A stretch of 64,000 bases of DNA from NCBI GenBank assembly GCA_012034805.1, contig JAAUOP010000002.1, positions 8,093 through 72,092 of the forward strand. The letters run 5' to 3'. The first letter of the stretch is position 1; every line of letters starts with the position of its first letter. The position numbers were made by a program, and so were the translations under genes. The notes under the pieces are model-generated. The model searched no databases. It was not told the DNA's origin and worked only from the letters and a program-made list of their open reading frames with translations. Of this stretch, positions 29,352-40,211 are shown piece after piece. Source of the DNA: Synechococcales cyanobacterium CRU_2_2. GTDB lineage: Bacteria; Cyanobacteriota; Cyanobacteriia; PCC-9006; JAAUQQ01.

Positions 29352-31295
29352 ATGAATTCCACCCCGCTAATCGATCGCGCCCAACTATCCCCCCAAGAGC
29401 AGGCCAACCTGGCGGCATCGGTGGATTACGAGTGCATTCAGACCATTCCCGAAATCTGGGCGATCGCCTCCCAGCGGTTTGGCAACACCCTCGCCACCCA
29501 CGATCCCCACGGCAGCCCAGCGCTCAAGTTCACCTATCAGGAACTGTGCGCCCATATCCAACTGTTTGCAGCGGGGCTTCAGGCCCTCGGCCTGGTCGCC
29601 GAAGAACATGTGGCGTTGATTTCAGACAACAGCCCTCGCTGGTTGATTGCGGACCAAGGCATCATGACGGCGGGCGGCATTGACGTGGTACGGGGTAGCC
29701 AGAGCGATCGCGACGAATTGCTCTACATCCTAGAACACAGCGACAGTGTGGCGCTGGTCGTCCAGGACAACGCCACCTTGGCCCGACTGCTACCCGATCT
29801 CGAAGGCCTGAACCCCCGCTTCGTGGTTTTGCTCTCCGACGAAACGCCCGCCGGCTCATCGACGCTGCAATTGCTCAACTTTAGTCAACTCCTGGAGCTG
29901 GGCAAGAGCCGCGAGCTTAAATTTGTCCAGCGTCAGCGCAACGATGTCGCCACCTTGATGTACACCTCCGGCACCTCCGGCCAGCCCAAGGGCGTTATGC
30001 TCAGCCACGGCAACCTGCTCTCGCAAGTTATGGGCGCGGCAGCTGTGGTGCGGCTCCAGCCGGGTGAGCGGGTGATGAGCATTTTGCCGATTTGGCATTG
30101 CTACGAACGGACGTTCGAGTATTTTATTTTTTCCCAGGGCTGTAGCCAGATTTACACCAATATTCGCCAGGTCAAAAAAGATCTCAAACAGTTCAGTCCG
30201 CAATACATGGTGGGCGTGCCCCGTTTATGGGAGTCGATTTACGATGGCATTCAAAAACAGTTTCGCGACCAGCCCGAGGGCAAGCAAAAGCTGGTGAACT
30301 TCTTTTTGACCAATAGCGATCGCTACATCCGTGCCCAACGCATCCTCGCCGGACTCGATCTGGAGAATTTGCATCCTAGTGGCGGACAAAAGCTCAAGGC
30401 GGCGGCGGTGCTGCCGGTGTTGTGGGTAATCCATCAACTGGGCGATCGCCTCGTCTATCGCAAAATCCGGGATGGCCTCGGCGGTGGTATCCATTTTGTC
30501 GTCAGTGGGGGGGGATCCATTGCCGACCACCTCGAGGATTTCTTCGAAATCGTTGGCATCAATATCCTAGGAGGCTATGGTCTGACGGAAACCGCCCCCA
30601 TTACCAATGTGCGTCGTCCTTGGCGCAATTTGCGCGGTGCCGATGGCCAGCCCTTAGGGCAGACCGAAGTGGCGATCGTGGATCCCGAAACCCGTCAACC
30701 GCTGCCCGTGGGAGCCCAGGGGCTGGTGCTGATCCGGGGAGCCCAAGTCATGCAGGGTTACTACAAAAATCCCATCGCTACCCAAAAAGCCATCGACCCC
30801 GTAGGCTGGTTTGACACCGGTGACCTGGGGCAAATCACAGGGCATCAGGACTTGATCATTACGGGTCGCGCCAAGGACACCATCGTTCTGACTAATGGTG
30901 AAAACATTGAGCCCCAGCCGATCGAAGATGCCTGTCTCCGCAGTCCCTATGTCGATCAAATCATGCTGGTCGGTCAAGACCAAAAGGCGATCGGAGCCCT
31001 GGTCGTTCCTAACCTCGAAGCCCTCAAAAATTGGGCCGCCAAAGAAAAATTGCCCCTTTCCTTTGCGGATCCCGCAGACTTGACCCAGAAAGACGTTCAG
31101 AACCTCTTTCGTCAAGAGCTTAATCGTGAGGTCAAAAATCGCCCTGGTTTCCGACCTGACGATCGCATCGCGAGCTTCCGACTGCTCGATGAACCCTTCT
31201 CGATTGAGAATGGTTTGCTCACCCAGACCCTCAAGGTGAAGCGTCCCCTTGTCAGTGAACGCTACCGGGCTATTATTGACGAGATGTTCATCTAG
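29352..31295 (+). CDS. Long-chain fatty acid CoA/ACP ligase (AMP-dependent synthetase, Aas-like)
   Basis: AMP-binding motif MYTSGTSGQPKGVMLSHGNL, plus GYGLTETAP and the C-terminal KVKRP. Confidence 0.85.
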   Translation: MNSTPLIDRAQLSPQEQANLAASVDYECIQTIPEIWAIASQRFGNTLATHDPHGSPALKFTYQELCAHIQLFAAGLQALGLVAEEHVALISDNSPRWLIADQGIMTAGGIDVVRGSQSDRDELLYILEHSDSVALVVQDNATLARLLPDLEGLNPRFVVLLSDETPAGSSTLQLLNFSQLLELGKSRELKFVQRQRNDVATLMYTSGTSGQPKGVMLSHGNLLSQVMGAAAVVRLQPGERVMSILPIWHCYERTFEYFIFSQGCSQIYTNIRQVKKDLKQFSPQYMVGVPRLWESIYDGIQKQFRDQPEGKQKLVNFFLTNSDRYIRAQRILAGLDLENLHPSGGQKLKAAAVLPVLWVIHQLGDRLVYRKIRDGLGGGIHFVVSGGGSIADHLEDFFEIVGINILGGYGLTETAPITNVRRPWRNLRGADGQPLGQTEVAIVDPETRQPLPVGAQGLVLIRGAQVMQGYYKNPIATQKAIDPVGWFDTGDLGQITGHQDLIITGRAKDTIVLTNGENIEPQPIEDACLRSPYVDQIMLVGQDQKAIGALVVPNLEALKNWAAKEKLPLSFADPADLTQKDVQNLFRQELNREVKNRPGFRPDDRIASFRLLDEPFSIENGLLTQTLKVKRPLVSERYRAIIDEMFI

Positions 31296-31323
31296 ATACA
31301 CCCCCTTCTTGGTAGAAAACCCT

Positions 31324-31773
31324 ATGGACGAGGCAAACGATAAGCTTCTGCTGAAGCGCACCATTAACGTCAAAGCTGTGGTGACGCCCCGCTGGAAAGA
31401 AGAAGCCCTGCAACAGCTTCAAGATCAAATCAATCAGCTTGATGGCCAACTCCAGCAGATGGACATGCAGGCTCAGCGGATGATTGCCGAGATCCAAAAG
31501 CAAAGCCCTGACCCCACTGGGGATGGGGCGAGACAGCAGATTGAAAGTATTCAAAGTCAGCTGACCCAGCGTAAGAGCGAAATGCTCGACCAGAAGAACA
31601 AAACACTGCAACAGCTTCAGCAGGTGCAAATGCTGGAAATGAACGAAGAAGTCAATCAAGGCCAGGTTGACAGCTTCTTTAGCTTGGCGAAGGGTGACAA
31701 TCTCATTCAAAAAATGCAGGTTGAGGTTCTGATTCGTGATGGTTTGGTAGAAGACATTCGCGGCTCTATCTAG
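31324..31773 (+). CDS. Coiled-coil protein (YlqD-like)
   Basis: 149 aa from the ATG at 31324, with Gln-rich heptad segments. The family assignment is from memory only. Confidence 0.45.
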   Translation: MDEANDKLLLKRTINVKAVVTPRWKEEALQQLQDQINQLDGQLQQMDMQAQRMIAEIQKQSPDPTGDGARQQIESIQSQLTQRKSEMLDQKNKTLQQLQQVQMLEMNEEVNQGQVDSFFSLAKGDNLIQKMQVEVLIRDGLVEDIRGSI

Positions 31774-31932
31774 CCACTGCCTCGGGGCTGCCAGATTCCC
31801 ATCCTCCCGTAGGTTGGGTTGAGGCCACGAAACCCCACCAGCTTAGGGCATTGCGATCAGGGCATTGCGATCAGGGCATCGAGCCCAGGCTCCAGGATAT
31901 TCAATCCACCATCCCTAGCATTCTCGATCAGA

Positions 31933-31958
31933 GGCACGGCGACTCCGTGCCTTTTTTT
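31933..31958 (+). terminator. Rho-independent terminator
   Basis: GGCACGG-cgact-CCGTGCC followed by T7. Confidence 0.75.
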
Positions 31959-32074
31959 ACGTTGCTTTTTGTAGATCTCCAGTGAAGGCAAGCGATCGCC
32001 CGCCAAATCAATCCACTGGCGAGATACAATTTGGGTTGGATTTTCACAAAACGAAAGATTCGGACCAGCCCCCC

Positions 32075-33388
32075 ATGATTCATGAAGTATTTATGCCCGC
32101 CCTGAGCTCCACCATGACGGAGGGCAAGATTGTGGACTGGGTGAAGGCACCGGGTGACAAGGTGGAAAAGGGGGAGACCGTTGTCATTGTCGAGTCAGAT
32201 AAGGCCGACATGGACGTCGAATCTTTCTATGAAGGCTACTTGGCCATCATCGTGGTTCCGGCGGGTGAGAGCGCGCCCGTGGGAGAGGCGATCGCCCTGA
32301 TTGCCGAAACCGAGGCTGAGATTGCCACCGCGCAGCAGCAAGCCAAGGCCCCCGCTGCCGCCGCCAGCGCCGCGATCGCTGCTCCAGCCGCTTCCCCCGT
32401 TGCCGCCCCAGCCGAGCCTTTGGCCGCGATCGCCAACAATGGCCGTACGATTGTCTCTCCGCGAGCGCGCAAGCTGGCCAAGTCCCTGGGCGTGGAGCTC
32501 GCCAGCCTCCTCGGTAGCGGCCCCCATGGTCGCATTGTGGCCGCTGATGTCGAGGCCGCTGCGGGGGTGGCTGTGACCCATGGCGCGGGCCAGGCCGCTC
32601 CAGCAACTCCAGGAGGGGGGGCGATCGCTACTGCTCCCACCGCCAGAGCCACAACACCGTCCGCCCCGGCAACATCCGCCCCGACACCCGCCCCGACACC
32701 CGTCCCCGTCACACCGGGCCAACTCACGCCCTTCAACACCCTGCAACAGGCCGTCATCCGCAGCATGGACGCCAGCTTGCAGGTGCCCGTTTTCCGGGTC
32801 GCCTACACCCTGACCACCGATGCCCTAGACGCCCTCTACAAACAGGTCAAGCCCAAGGGCGTCACCATGACAGCCCTGCTGGCCAAGGCCGTCGGCGTTA
32901 CCCTTGCCAAGCATCCCTTGGTCAACGCCAGCTATACCCCCCAGGGCATCCAATACAACGCCGCCGTCAACGTGGCGGTGGCGGTGGCCATGGGAGATGG
33001 GGGGCTGATTACGCCCGTGCTCGCCCAGACCGATCGCACAGATTTGTATTCGCTCTCGCGCAACTGGCAAGATTTGGTGACCCGTGCCCGCTCCAAGCAG
33101 CTCAAGCCCGATGAGTACAGCACGGGGACCTTCACGCTGTCGAATCTAGGGATGTTCGGCGTCGATCGCTTCGATGCGATTTTGCCCCCTGGCCAAGGCG
33201 CGATTTTGGCGATCGGTGGCTCCAAACCTCAGATGGTCGTTACGGCAGATGGCCGGTTTGGCGTTCAGCGTCAGATGACCGTCAACCTCACCGCCGACCA
33301 CCGCATTATCTACGGTGCAGACGCTGCCGCTTTCCTCAAGGATCTAGCGGACTTGATCGAAAACAACCCGCAATCCTTGACGCTCTAA
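32075..33388 (+). CDS. pdhC: Dihydrolipoamide acetyltransferase (E2) of pyruvate dehydrogenase
   Basis: Lipoyl domain (ESDKADMDVES), an Ala/Pro linker, an E3-binding domain (SPRARKLA...GSGPHGRI) and the catalytic DHRIIYGA. Confidence 0.92.
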   Translation: MIHEVFMPALSSTMTEGKIVDWVKAPGDKVEKGETVVIVESDKADMDVESFYEGYLAIIVVPAGESAPVGEAIALIAETEAEIATAQQQAKAPAAAASAAIAAPAASPVAAPAEPLAAIANNGRTIVSPRARKLAKSLGVELASLLGSGPHGRIVAADVEAAAGVAVTHGAGQAAPATPGGGAIATAPTARATTPSAPATSAPTPAPTPVPVTPGQLTPFNTLQQAVIRSMDASLQVPVFRVAYTLTTDALDALYKQVKPKGVTMTALLAKAVGVTLAKHPLVNASYTPQGIQYNAAVNVAVAVAMGDGGLITPVLAQTDRTDLYSLSRNWQDLVTRARSKQLKPDEYSTGTFTLSNLGMFGVDRFDAILPPGQGAILAIGGSKPQMVVTADGRFGVQRQMTVNLTADHRIIYGADAAAFLKDLADLIENNPQSLTL

Positions 33389-33411
33389 CCTGCCATGACC
33401 CTAGGCCCCGC

Positions 33412-35231
33412 ATGTTCCAATTTCTCAAAACGATCCTGGCTACGCTCATTGGGTTGATCTTGTTTACGGCCCTCGGAGCCGGGGGACTTGCGCTGCTCGT
33501 GTTTAGCGCCACCCAGTCGGAACCGGTCGCCCAGAAGGTACGCAAAAAAGCGTCCTCGTCTACGACCTCTCCCTCGGCATTCAGGACAACACCCCTGGCA
33601 GCACGAGTCGCCTCAGCGATCCGTTTTCGAGCAGCCCCACCAGTGCCAGTCTTCGTTCTGTGGTCAAAACCATCGAAGCTGCCGCCGAAGACGAAAAAAT
33701 TGTTGCGATTTACCTCAAGGGCGGCAATGCTTCGGTCGGCGGTTACGCCACGCTCAAGGAAGTTCGCGATGCGCTGAAGACCTTCCGTAAAACGGGCAAG
33801 CCCATCTATGCCTACGACGTGGATTGGAGCGAGCCAGAATATTACTTGGCCTCCGTCGCCGACAACTTAGTCCTCGATCCCATCGGTAGCCTAACCCTGG
33901 ATGGCTTTAGTGCAGAGGTTCGTTTCTATGCCGGAGCCCTAGAAAAGTATGGCTTAGGGGTGCAGGTGGTGCGCGTCGGCCAATTCAAATCGGCGGTGGA
34001 GCCCTATCTCAACACGGCCCTGAGTCCGAGTAGCCGCCAACAGACCGAAACCTTGCTCAATAGCCTTTGGCAAAGCTTTTTGCTGACCCTGGGAGACTAT
34101 CGACCGCTGAAGGCTGCGCAGCTGCAGGCGATCGCCAACCAACAAGGCACCCTCGGCTCCAAAGAAGCCCTCGCCCAAAAGCTAATCGACAAAGTTAGCT
34201 ATCCCGACGAAATCGAAGCTGCCCTCAAAGAACTCACCGGCGGCCCCGACGACGAACCCTTCCGCCAAATGTCGCTGCTCGAATATGTCAACATCGCCAA
34301 AGAGCAGACCCAGGCCGATACCGAGAACCAAGTGGCCGTTGTTTATCTCGAAGGCAACATTGTCAACGGCGAAGGCAACTTTGGCGTCGCGGCCAGCGAA
34401 TCCATCGCCACGCTTCTCCGCCAGGTTCGCCAGAACGAAGAGGTCAAAGCTGTGGTGTTGCGGGTGAACAGCCCCGGCGGCAGCGCCACCGCCGCCAGCA
34501 TCATGGGTCGAGAAGTTGAATTATTAGCGGCGACCAAACCCCTTGTGGTTTCTATGGGCGACTACGCTGCCTCAGGGGGCTATTGGGTCTCTGCCCCGGC
34601 CCGTAAAATCTTTGCCTCCCCTGGCACGATTACGGGTTCCATCGGCACCTACAGCCTCTTGCCCAACGTCCAAAAAATTGCCAATGACCACGGCATTACC
34701 TGGGATGCCGTCGAAACTGCTCCATTTGCCAACAGCGATACGATCGCCCGGCCCAAAACCCCAGCAGAGCTAGCCATCAACCAAAAAAGCGCTAATGCAA
34801 TTTACGATCGCTTCCTAGAAGTGGTTTCTAAGGGGCGATCGCTCCCCCGTCCCCAGGTCTCCCAGATAGCCGAAGGCCGGGTCTGGTCGGGCATGAGCGC
34901 CAAGTCCCTGGGGTTAGTGGACGAATTGGGGGGGCTCGAGGCGGCGATCGTCCAGGCTGCCCAGTTTGCCGAACTCCCAGACGGCGACTGGAACGTTCAG
35001 GAATATCCGCGTCAGCGCAGTTTTGAACAGGCGTTGTTCGATGAATTCTTTTCAGCCCTACCGCCCCAGATCACCCAGAGCTTCAACCGACAAAAACAAC
35101 CGCTCACCCAGCTACCGACCCCCCTCGCCCAAGAGTTGCAGGGCCTGCAGTCAGACCTGGGAGCGTGGCGCGACCTCGACGATCCCCAGGGCATTTACAC
35201 GCGGCTGCCGTTTAATCTCAAGATTCGCTAG
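33412..35231 (+). pseudogene. sppA: Signal peptide peptidase SppA (67K type), interrupted as assembled by a 1-nt frameshift at an A6 run (33544-33549)
   Basis: The N-terminal TM segment is in the frame of 33412. The remainder, from ...VLVYDLSLGIQDN onward, is in the frame of the 33660 ORF. Adding one A restores RKKSVLVYDLSL. Confidence 0.85.
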
Positions 35232-35240
35232 GGCGCTGTC

Positions 35241-35294
35241 CAGCCACCAGGACTTTTCCAGCCATCAGGACTTTCCCAGCCATCAGGACTCTGA
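35241..35294. repeat. 18-bp tandem repeat x3 (cagccaYcaggactNtNN)
   Basis: Direct reading. The array sits between convergent sppA and the DivIVA-like gene, and the last copy covers the latter gene's stop codon. Confidence 0.9.
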
Positions 35295-35909
35295 ACCACG
35301 CAGTTGCTGACGGCCATTGCGCACAATGCGCATCATTTCCGACAGCCGCTGCTCCATGTCCAACAGGACACGGTCGGCATACTCATCTGCGCCCCGCTGG
35401 ATCTGATCACTTTCCGCCAGCGCATTTTGCCGCAGCTCACCCAGCTCCTGCTTTGCCTGTTGACGGATTTGATCGACTTCTGCCAAGGCCTGTTCCCGTA
35501 GCGCATCACACTCCTGCTGGATTTGCAGGCGCACCTGCTGGGCTTCTAGCTCTGCTTGGCGAATGATCCCGAGTTCATCGGTTAACTCCGCCGCCCGAGC
35601 TTCAGCCCTAGTCAAAATTTGGCGGCCATAATTCTCTGCCTCCTGGAGCACCTCATCCCGCCGCATGATCACGTCCTGGGCAAGTTGAAATGCAGCAGGC
35701 AAATTGAGACGCACCATATCAAGCTGGTCCAGGAGCTGTTCTTCGTCCACGAGCGTTTTACCCGTCAGCGGCAAACGGGGACTATCGAGCACCATTTCCT
35801 CCAGGGTATTCAACTCCTGTTGAATATCTACTCCTTCAAAAGCTTCGAGCCCTGGATCGGCTCCGGATTGATCGATGTCAGGGGTTCTGGGGGCTTGGGG
35901 GCGCAGCAT
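35283..35909 (-). CDS. DivIVA-like coiled-coil protein
   Basis: [31 protein letters not shown] followed by a long Gln/Glu/Ala coiled coil. The annotated start overlaps the coaD 3' end by 82 nt, so the true start may be Met39 (35795). Confidence 0.6.
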   Translation of the reverse strand: MLRPQAPRTPDIDQSGADPGLEAFEGVDIQQELNTLEEMVLDSPRLPLTGKTLVDEEQLLDQLDMVRLNLPAAFQLAQDVIMRRDEVLQEAENYGRQILTRAEARAAELTDELGIIRQAELEAQQVRLQIQQECDALREQALAEVDQIRQQAKQELGELRQNALAESDQIQRGADEYADRVLLDMEQRLSEMMRIVRNGRQQLRGSES

Positions 35910-36373
35910 CGACTGTATATTTCTTCAGCAACGTGGGTGGGAACAAGATGATTAACGGAGCCCCCGAAGCGGGCTACCTCTTTAACAACACTGCTACTTA
36001 GAAAACTATATTCGTTAGATGCAGCTAAGAAAACTGTTTCGATATCTTCTGCCAGAGTTTTATTGGTGAGCGCCATTTGCAGTTCCATTTCAAAGTCGGA
36101 AAGCACGCGCAGACCTCGCAAAATGACCTGGGAAGCCTGCTGATGGGCAAAATTCACCGTTAGGCCGCCGAAGCTGGTTACGCTCACATTGGGAACATGG
36201 GGGAGTGACGTTCGAATCAGTTTAATCCGTTCTTCAACGGTAAAGAGGGGGGATTTATTCGGATTTTGTAAAACCGCAACGATGACATGCTCAAATAGCC
36301 GACATCCTCGCTCAATAATATCGAGATGCCCAAGGGTAATGGGGTCGAAGCTGCCGGGGTAAATCGCACGCAC
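35828..36373 (-). CDS. coaD: Phosphopantetheine adenylyltransferase
   Basis: [18 protein letters not shown] and [15 protein letters not shown]. Confidence 0.92.
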   Translation of the reverse strand: MRAIYPGSFDPITLGHLDIIERGCRLFEHVIVAVLQNPNKSPLFTVEERIKLIRTSLPHVPNVSVTSFGGLTVNFAHQQASQVILRGLRVLSDFEMELQMALTNKTLAEDIETVFLAASNEYSFLSSSVVKEVARFGGSVNHLVPTHVAEEIYSRCCAPKPPEPLTSINPEPIQGSKLLKE

Positions 36374-36463
36374 AACGATCGCGCTCTTGCTCCTATGATT
36401 TTGCTGTCGTGATTATAACTGTCCCGTTGCGCGGGTCAACGGGGTCAAGGGTAGGTAAACGCA

Positions 36464-37720
36464 ATGGTACAAGCTTCCGAAAGTGGGGCAAATGGGGGCA
36501 TGGATTTGGACGCAGGTCTCGGCGCAAATCTGCGCCCAGATCTGGGCGCAGACCTCTATGTGGCGATTACCAATCATGGTTTTGGTCATGCAACCCGGAC
36601 AGCGTCGGTGCTAGCGGTGCTCCAGCGCCTGCGGCCCGATTTGCAGCTGGTGCTGGTGACGGGGGCTCCCCGCTGGTTGCTGGAGAGTTATTTGCCGGGG
36701 CCGTTTGAATATCGCCCTCGCAAACTGGATGTCGGTGTGGTGCAGGCGGACAGCTTGCAGATGGATTTCGTGGCGACGCGGGTGGAGCTGGAGGGGATTC
36801 GCGATCGCCAAGCGCAAATGATTGCCGAAGAAGCGAGCTGGATTCGCGATCGTGGCATCCGTCTAGTTCTGGGCGATATTCCACCCTTGGCCGCCCCCAT
36901 TGCCCAGGCGGCGGGAGTGCCCTGTTGGATGATGAGTAATTTTGGCTGGAATTTTATTTATCGGGACTGGGGAGCCGAATTTGAGGAGATTTGCCGCTGG
37001 ATAGAAGATTGCTTTGGCCAGTGCGATCGCCTCTTCCGCCTCCCCTTCCACGAACCGATGACAACCTTTGGCCAGATCGAAGACGTGGGTCTCACCGGGG
37101 GCACCCCCGCCTACGATCTGCCGAGCCTGCGGCAGCAGATTGGCCTCACGGCCCCACCGGAACGCACAGTTCTGCTAACCTTTGGTGGCCTGGGCCTGGA
37201 ACAAATTCCCTACGATCGCCTCGCCCAATTCCCAGACTGGCAGTTCATCACCTTCGATGCCCATGCTCCCGCTCTGGACAATTTGATCAATCTGAATCGG
37301 CTGGGGTCGCACCGGCGAGAGCAAGATTCGCCTCGACTGGATCTGGGCAAGCGCGATCGCCCTTTCGCTCCCCTATACCGACCCGTGGACGTGATGCCCC
37401 TCTGCCGCTGTGTCATTTCCAAACCAGGCTACAGCACCTTTGCCGAGGCCTGCGGCCAAGATACCCCCGTGATCTCCTTAACGCGCCAAGGCTTTGCCGA
37501 AGCGGCTCTGTTATTGGACGCACTGCCCGATTGGGTGCCTCACCGTATTCTTGAGCAGGCTGATTTTTTTGAGGGGGATTGGTCCTTCTTGCGAGAACCC
37601 CTGGTGCCGGTCAGGGCTGGTCTCCCAGATCCAGATCAGCACCCGCCTCGGCACCGGCCCGAGGCAAAGCGGGGGAATGAAGCGATCGCTGGGGCGATCG
37701 CTAAATATCTCAGCCCTTGA
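36464..37720 (+). CDS. Putative GT-B fold glycosyltransferase
   Basis: N-terminal ITNHGFGHATR loop and C-terminal ISKPGYSTFAEA, resembling MGT/GT28-type enzymes. The assignment is tentative. Confidence 0.5.
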   Translation: MVQASESGANGGMDLDAGLGANLRPDLGADLYVAITNHGFGHATRTASVLAVLQRLRPDLQLVLVTGAPRWLLESYLPGPFEYRPRKLDVGVVQADSLQMDFVATRVELEGIRDRQAQMIAEEASWIRDRGIRLVLGDIPPLAAPIAQAAGVPCWMMSNFGWNFIYRDWGAEFEEICRWIEDCFGQCDRLFRLPFHEPMTTFGQIEDVGLTGGTPAYDLPSLRQQIGLTAPPERTVLLTFGGLGLEQIPYDRLAQFPDWQFITFDAHAPALDNLINLNRLGSHRREQDSPRLDLGKRDRPFAPLYRPVDVMPLCRCVISKPGYSTFAEACGQDTPVISLTRQGFAEAALLLDALPDWVPHRILEQADFFEGDWSFLREPLVPVRAGLPDPDQHPPRHRPEAKRGNEAIAGAIAKYLSP

Positions 37721-37752
37721 GCCCATCCTCAACTGTTCTTATTCTCTGAACC

Positions 37753-38175
37753 TTGACCATGCGCCAACATCAATGCACCCTCAACATCCAAACCCCCGGT
37801 CAATCGCTCACCGACATCAGTCGTCCAGTGGCAGCCGTTGTCCAAGAAGCTGGGATCCAAACCGGTCTTTGCACTGTTTTTCTGCGCCACACCTCCGCCA
37901 GCCTACTCATCCAAGAAAATGCCGACCCTGACGTGCTCAAGGATCTGCAGCAGTTTTTATCTCGTCTCGTTCCCGAAGGAGCCCACTACCTCCATGGTGC
38001 AGAAGGCCCTGATGACATGCCCGCCCACATCCGCACAGCCTTGACCCAAACCTCGGAAACCATTCCCATTGCCCAGGGGCGCTTGGCGCTGGGCACCTGG
38101 CAAGGGCTCTATGTTTGGGAACACCGTCAGCGAAGTCACAGCCGAGAACTGGTGGTTCATGTTTTGGGAGATTGA
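37753..38175 (+). CDS. YjbQ/UPF0047-family protein (secondary thiamine-phosphate synthase-like)
   Basis: HTSASLLIQENADPDV, MPAHIR and LGTWQGLYVWEHR. Confidence 0.85.
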   Translation: MTMRQHQCTLNIQTPGQSLTDISRPVAAVVQEAGIQTGLCTVFLRHTSASLLIQENADPDVLKDLQQFLSRLVPEGAHYLHGAEGPDDMPAHIRTALTQTSETIPIAQGRLALGTWQGLYVWEHRQRSHSRELVVHVLGD

Positions 38176-38831
38176 GCAGTGAGAAATCAAGCATCGAGCG
38201 ATCAAGGCCAGATGTTGTTTAGAAAATTGCTGGGGAGAAGATTGAATCCAGCCAAGAACCCGCCCATGGATGCATTTAGTTACATTAGAAACATCGATCC
38301 TCTCTGGCCTGAGGCATTGATTTGGAAACGAAAAAACGTAATGTTCGCGATTGGGGGCGATCGCCAACCGCCGCTCCTCTTCAGATAATTTCTAGATCAT
38401 TGATCCTATAAACTGAGCCCATAAAAGGCTCAGCTGAGCCAAAAGAGTGCTGACATTGATTTGGTCTTTTTAGCTATATTTTCAATCGCAATGTTTTCAA
38501 TCTAACTTTTATGAAACCCGTATTTTGCCAATGGTCGTCCTGACCTGGGGATAGGCAATTGCTATAGGAAAAGGGATTTCTATGGTTTAAACACCGGGTT
38601 CTGGATCTCTGTAGAGATTTGCTTTGCCATCGCTCTGGTAGGATCGCGTTGTCTGTTCTTGGTTTAAGATAGTTTAGGAAGTTCCTAGATTTCTGAGCCC
38701 CCGATTGAGTTTAGGTGTATCTCTCAGCACGGTCTTTGCCTTTGGGTCGATCGATTGCTGTCTCATCTATCGCGCAAAGCCGAAGGCCTTGAGCCTGCTT
38801 CGCGTCCAACTCAGGGTATCAATCGGTTGCT

Positions 38832-39188
38832 ATGACTACGATTCTTGTTATCGAAAACGAACACTTTATCCGCGCGAATGTTGTGGAATTGCTGGAGTCT
38901 GAAGGTTTCTCAGTACTGGGTGCAGAGGATGGCTTCGAGGCAATGTCCCTGCTTGGACTTCACTGCCCGGATTTAATTTTGTGCGACGTGCTGATGCCAG
39001 AGTTCAGTGGCTACGACGTTTTGCACGACGTGCGTGCGCGGCCTGACTTGGCCCAGATTCCGTTTGTTTTTCTATCCGCAGAATCGTCCCACGAAAATAC
39101 TACCCAGGGCTTGGTCTCCGGAGCTGACCACTACCTCGCCAAACCTTTTCAATCCGTGATTTACTTGATGTTGTTTACAGCTTTGTAG
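38832..39188 (+). CDS. Single-domain response regulator (CheY-like receiver)
   Basis: ILVIENE..., phospho-acceptor context LILCDVLMPE, FLSA and YLAKPF. Confidence 0.85.
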   Translation: MTTILVIENEHFIRANVVELLESEGFSVLGAEDGFEAMSLLGLHCPDLILCDVLMPEFSGYDVLHDVRARPDLAQIPFVFLSAESSHENTTQGLVSGADHYLAKPFQSVIYLMLFTAL

Positions 39189-39212
39189 AGCGCCCGACCT
39201 AATTGGCCAGCA

Positions 39213-40211
39213 TCAACGCCCCGCACCATCGGGCAGCGTCGCCCCTGTGAGGTCTGCACCGATCAAGTTGGCACTGCTCATTTCGGCTTTGACCAAAATC
39301 GCATCCTGCAAAATTGCCCCGGTGAGGTTAGTGCGGGTGAGATAGGCGGCCACCAGGCTGGCTTCCGTCAAATTGGCACGGGTTAGATTGGCGTGGCTGA
39401 GAGAAGCTCCCTTGAGGCGGGCTTTGATCAAGATGGCGCTGCGCAGGTCAGCTTTGTCCAACACGGCGTCGGCCAGACTGACATCGGTCAGGTTGGCGTT
39501 GCGTAGGTTGGCCCCTGTGCAGTTGACGCGCTCTAGGCGCGATCGCATCAAGTTGGCTCCGCTCAAGTCAGCGTTGATCAAATTGGCATCGCTAAAGGAG
39601 GTATTGAGGGCGATCGCCTCGCTCAAATCCGCCTCCTGCAAGTCTACCTCCTTCAGATTGGCCTCACTCAAATTGGCCCCGCGCAAATTCGCCCGACTCA
39701 GGTCCGCCCCATACAAGTTGGCCCCGCGCAAATCTGCCCCTTCCAGGTTGGCCCCGCGCAAATTGGCCCCGTCGTAGGAGCGGGCCTCGTAGCGAAAATT
39801 TGCCCCCCAAAAGCAAGCACCCGAGAGGTTCGCACCGCTCAGGTTGGCACTGCGCAGGTCGGCATAAGCCAAATTCGCATCCATCAAATTCACCAGCGTC
39901 AGATTTGCGCCGCGCAAATCCGCTCCAGACAGCACCGCCCCGTGCAAATCCGCATCCTTGAGCTGGGCCGCGCTGAGATTGGCCTGGGACAAATTCGCCC
40001 CTGCCAGTTTGGTGCCCAGCAATACGGAGCCGCGCAAGTTCACCCGATTGAGATAGCTCAAAATCAAGTTGGCGTTGCGGAAATCGGCCCGCTTAAACAC
40101 CGCACCGACCAAATCAACCCCCGCCAAATTGACGCTGCTCAGATTAATACCGCTGAAATCCGTTTCACCCGCATCGTAGCGGCGCAGAAGCTCTTGAGGA
40201 TCCATAATCAA
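39213..40211 (-). CDS. Pentapeptide-repeat protein
   Basis: About 60 consecutive A(D/N)LxX pentapeptides. Confidence 0.95.
   Translation of the reverse strand: MIMDPQELLRRYDAGETDFSGINLSSVNLAGVDLVGAVFKRADFRNANLILSYLNRVNLRGSVLLGTKLAGANLSQANLSAAQLKDADLHGAVLSGADLRGANLTLVNLMDANLAYADLRSANLSGANLSGACFWGANFRYEARSYDGANLRGANLEGADLRGANLYGADLSRANLRGANLSEANLKEVDLQEADLSEAIALNTSFSDANLINADLSGANLMRSRLERVNCTGANLRNANLTDVSLADAVLDKADLRSAILIKARLKGASLSHANLTRANLTEASLVAAYLTRTNLTGAILQDAILVKAEMSSANLIGADLTGATLPDGAGR

Noticed and set aside
32195-32766. Three overlapping minus-strand ORFs (119-183 aa), Arg/Gly/Ala-rich
   Set aside because: They are antisense to the Ala/Pro-rich linker of the E2 acetyltransferase gene. 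The open frames are composition-driven.
33541-33550. Programmed -1 ribosomal frameshift at an A AAA AAG-type slippery site in sppA
   Set aside because: The zero frame reads CGC AAA AAA GCG, so the heptamer is not in the X XXY YYZ phase. I saw no downstream stimulatory structure. The same kind of break occurs at ten other unrelated runs, which favours indel error.
38179-38388. 69-aa plus ORF and 136-aa minus ORF downstream of the YjbQ-like gene
   Set aside because: They have no ribosome-binding site or family resemblance, they overlap each other, and the region looks like 3' UTR or intergenic DNA.
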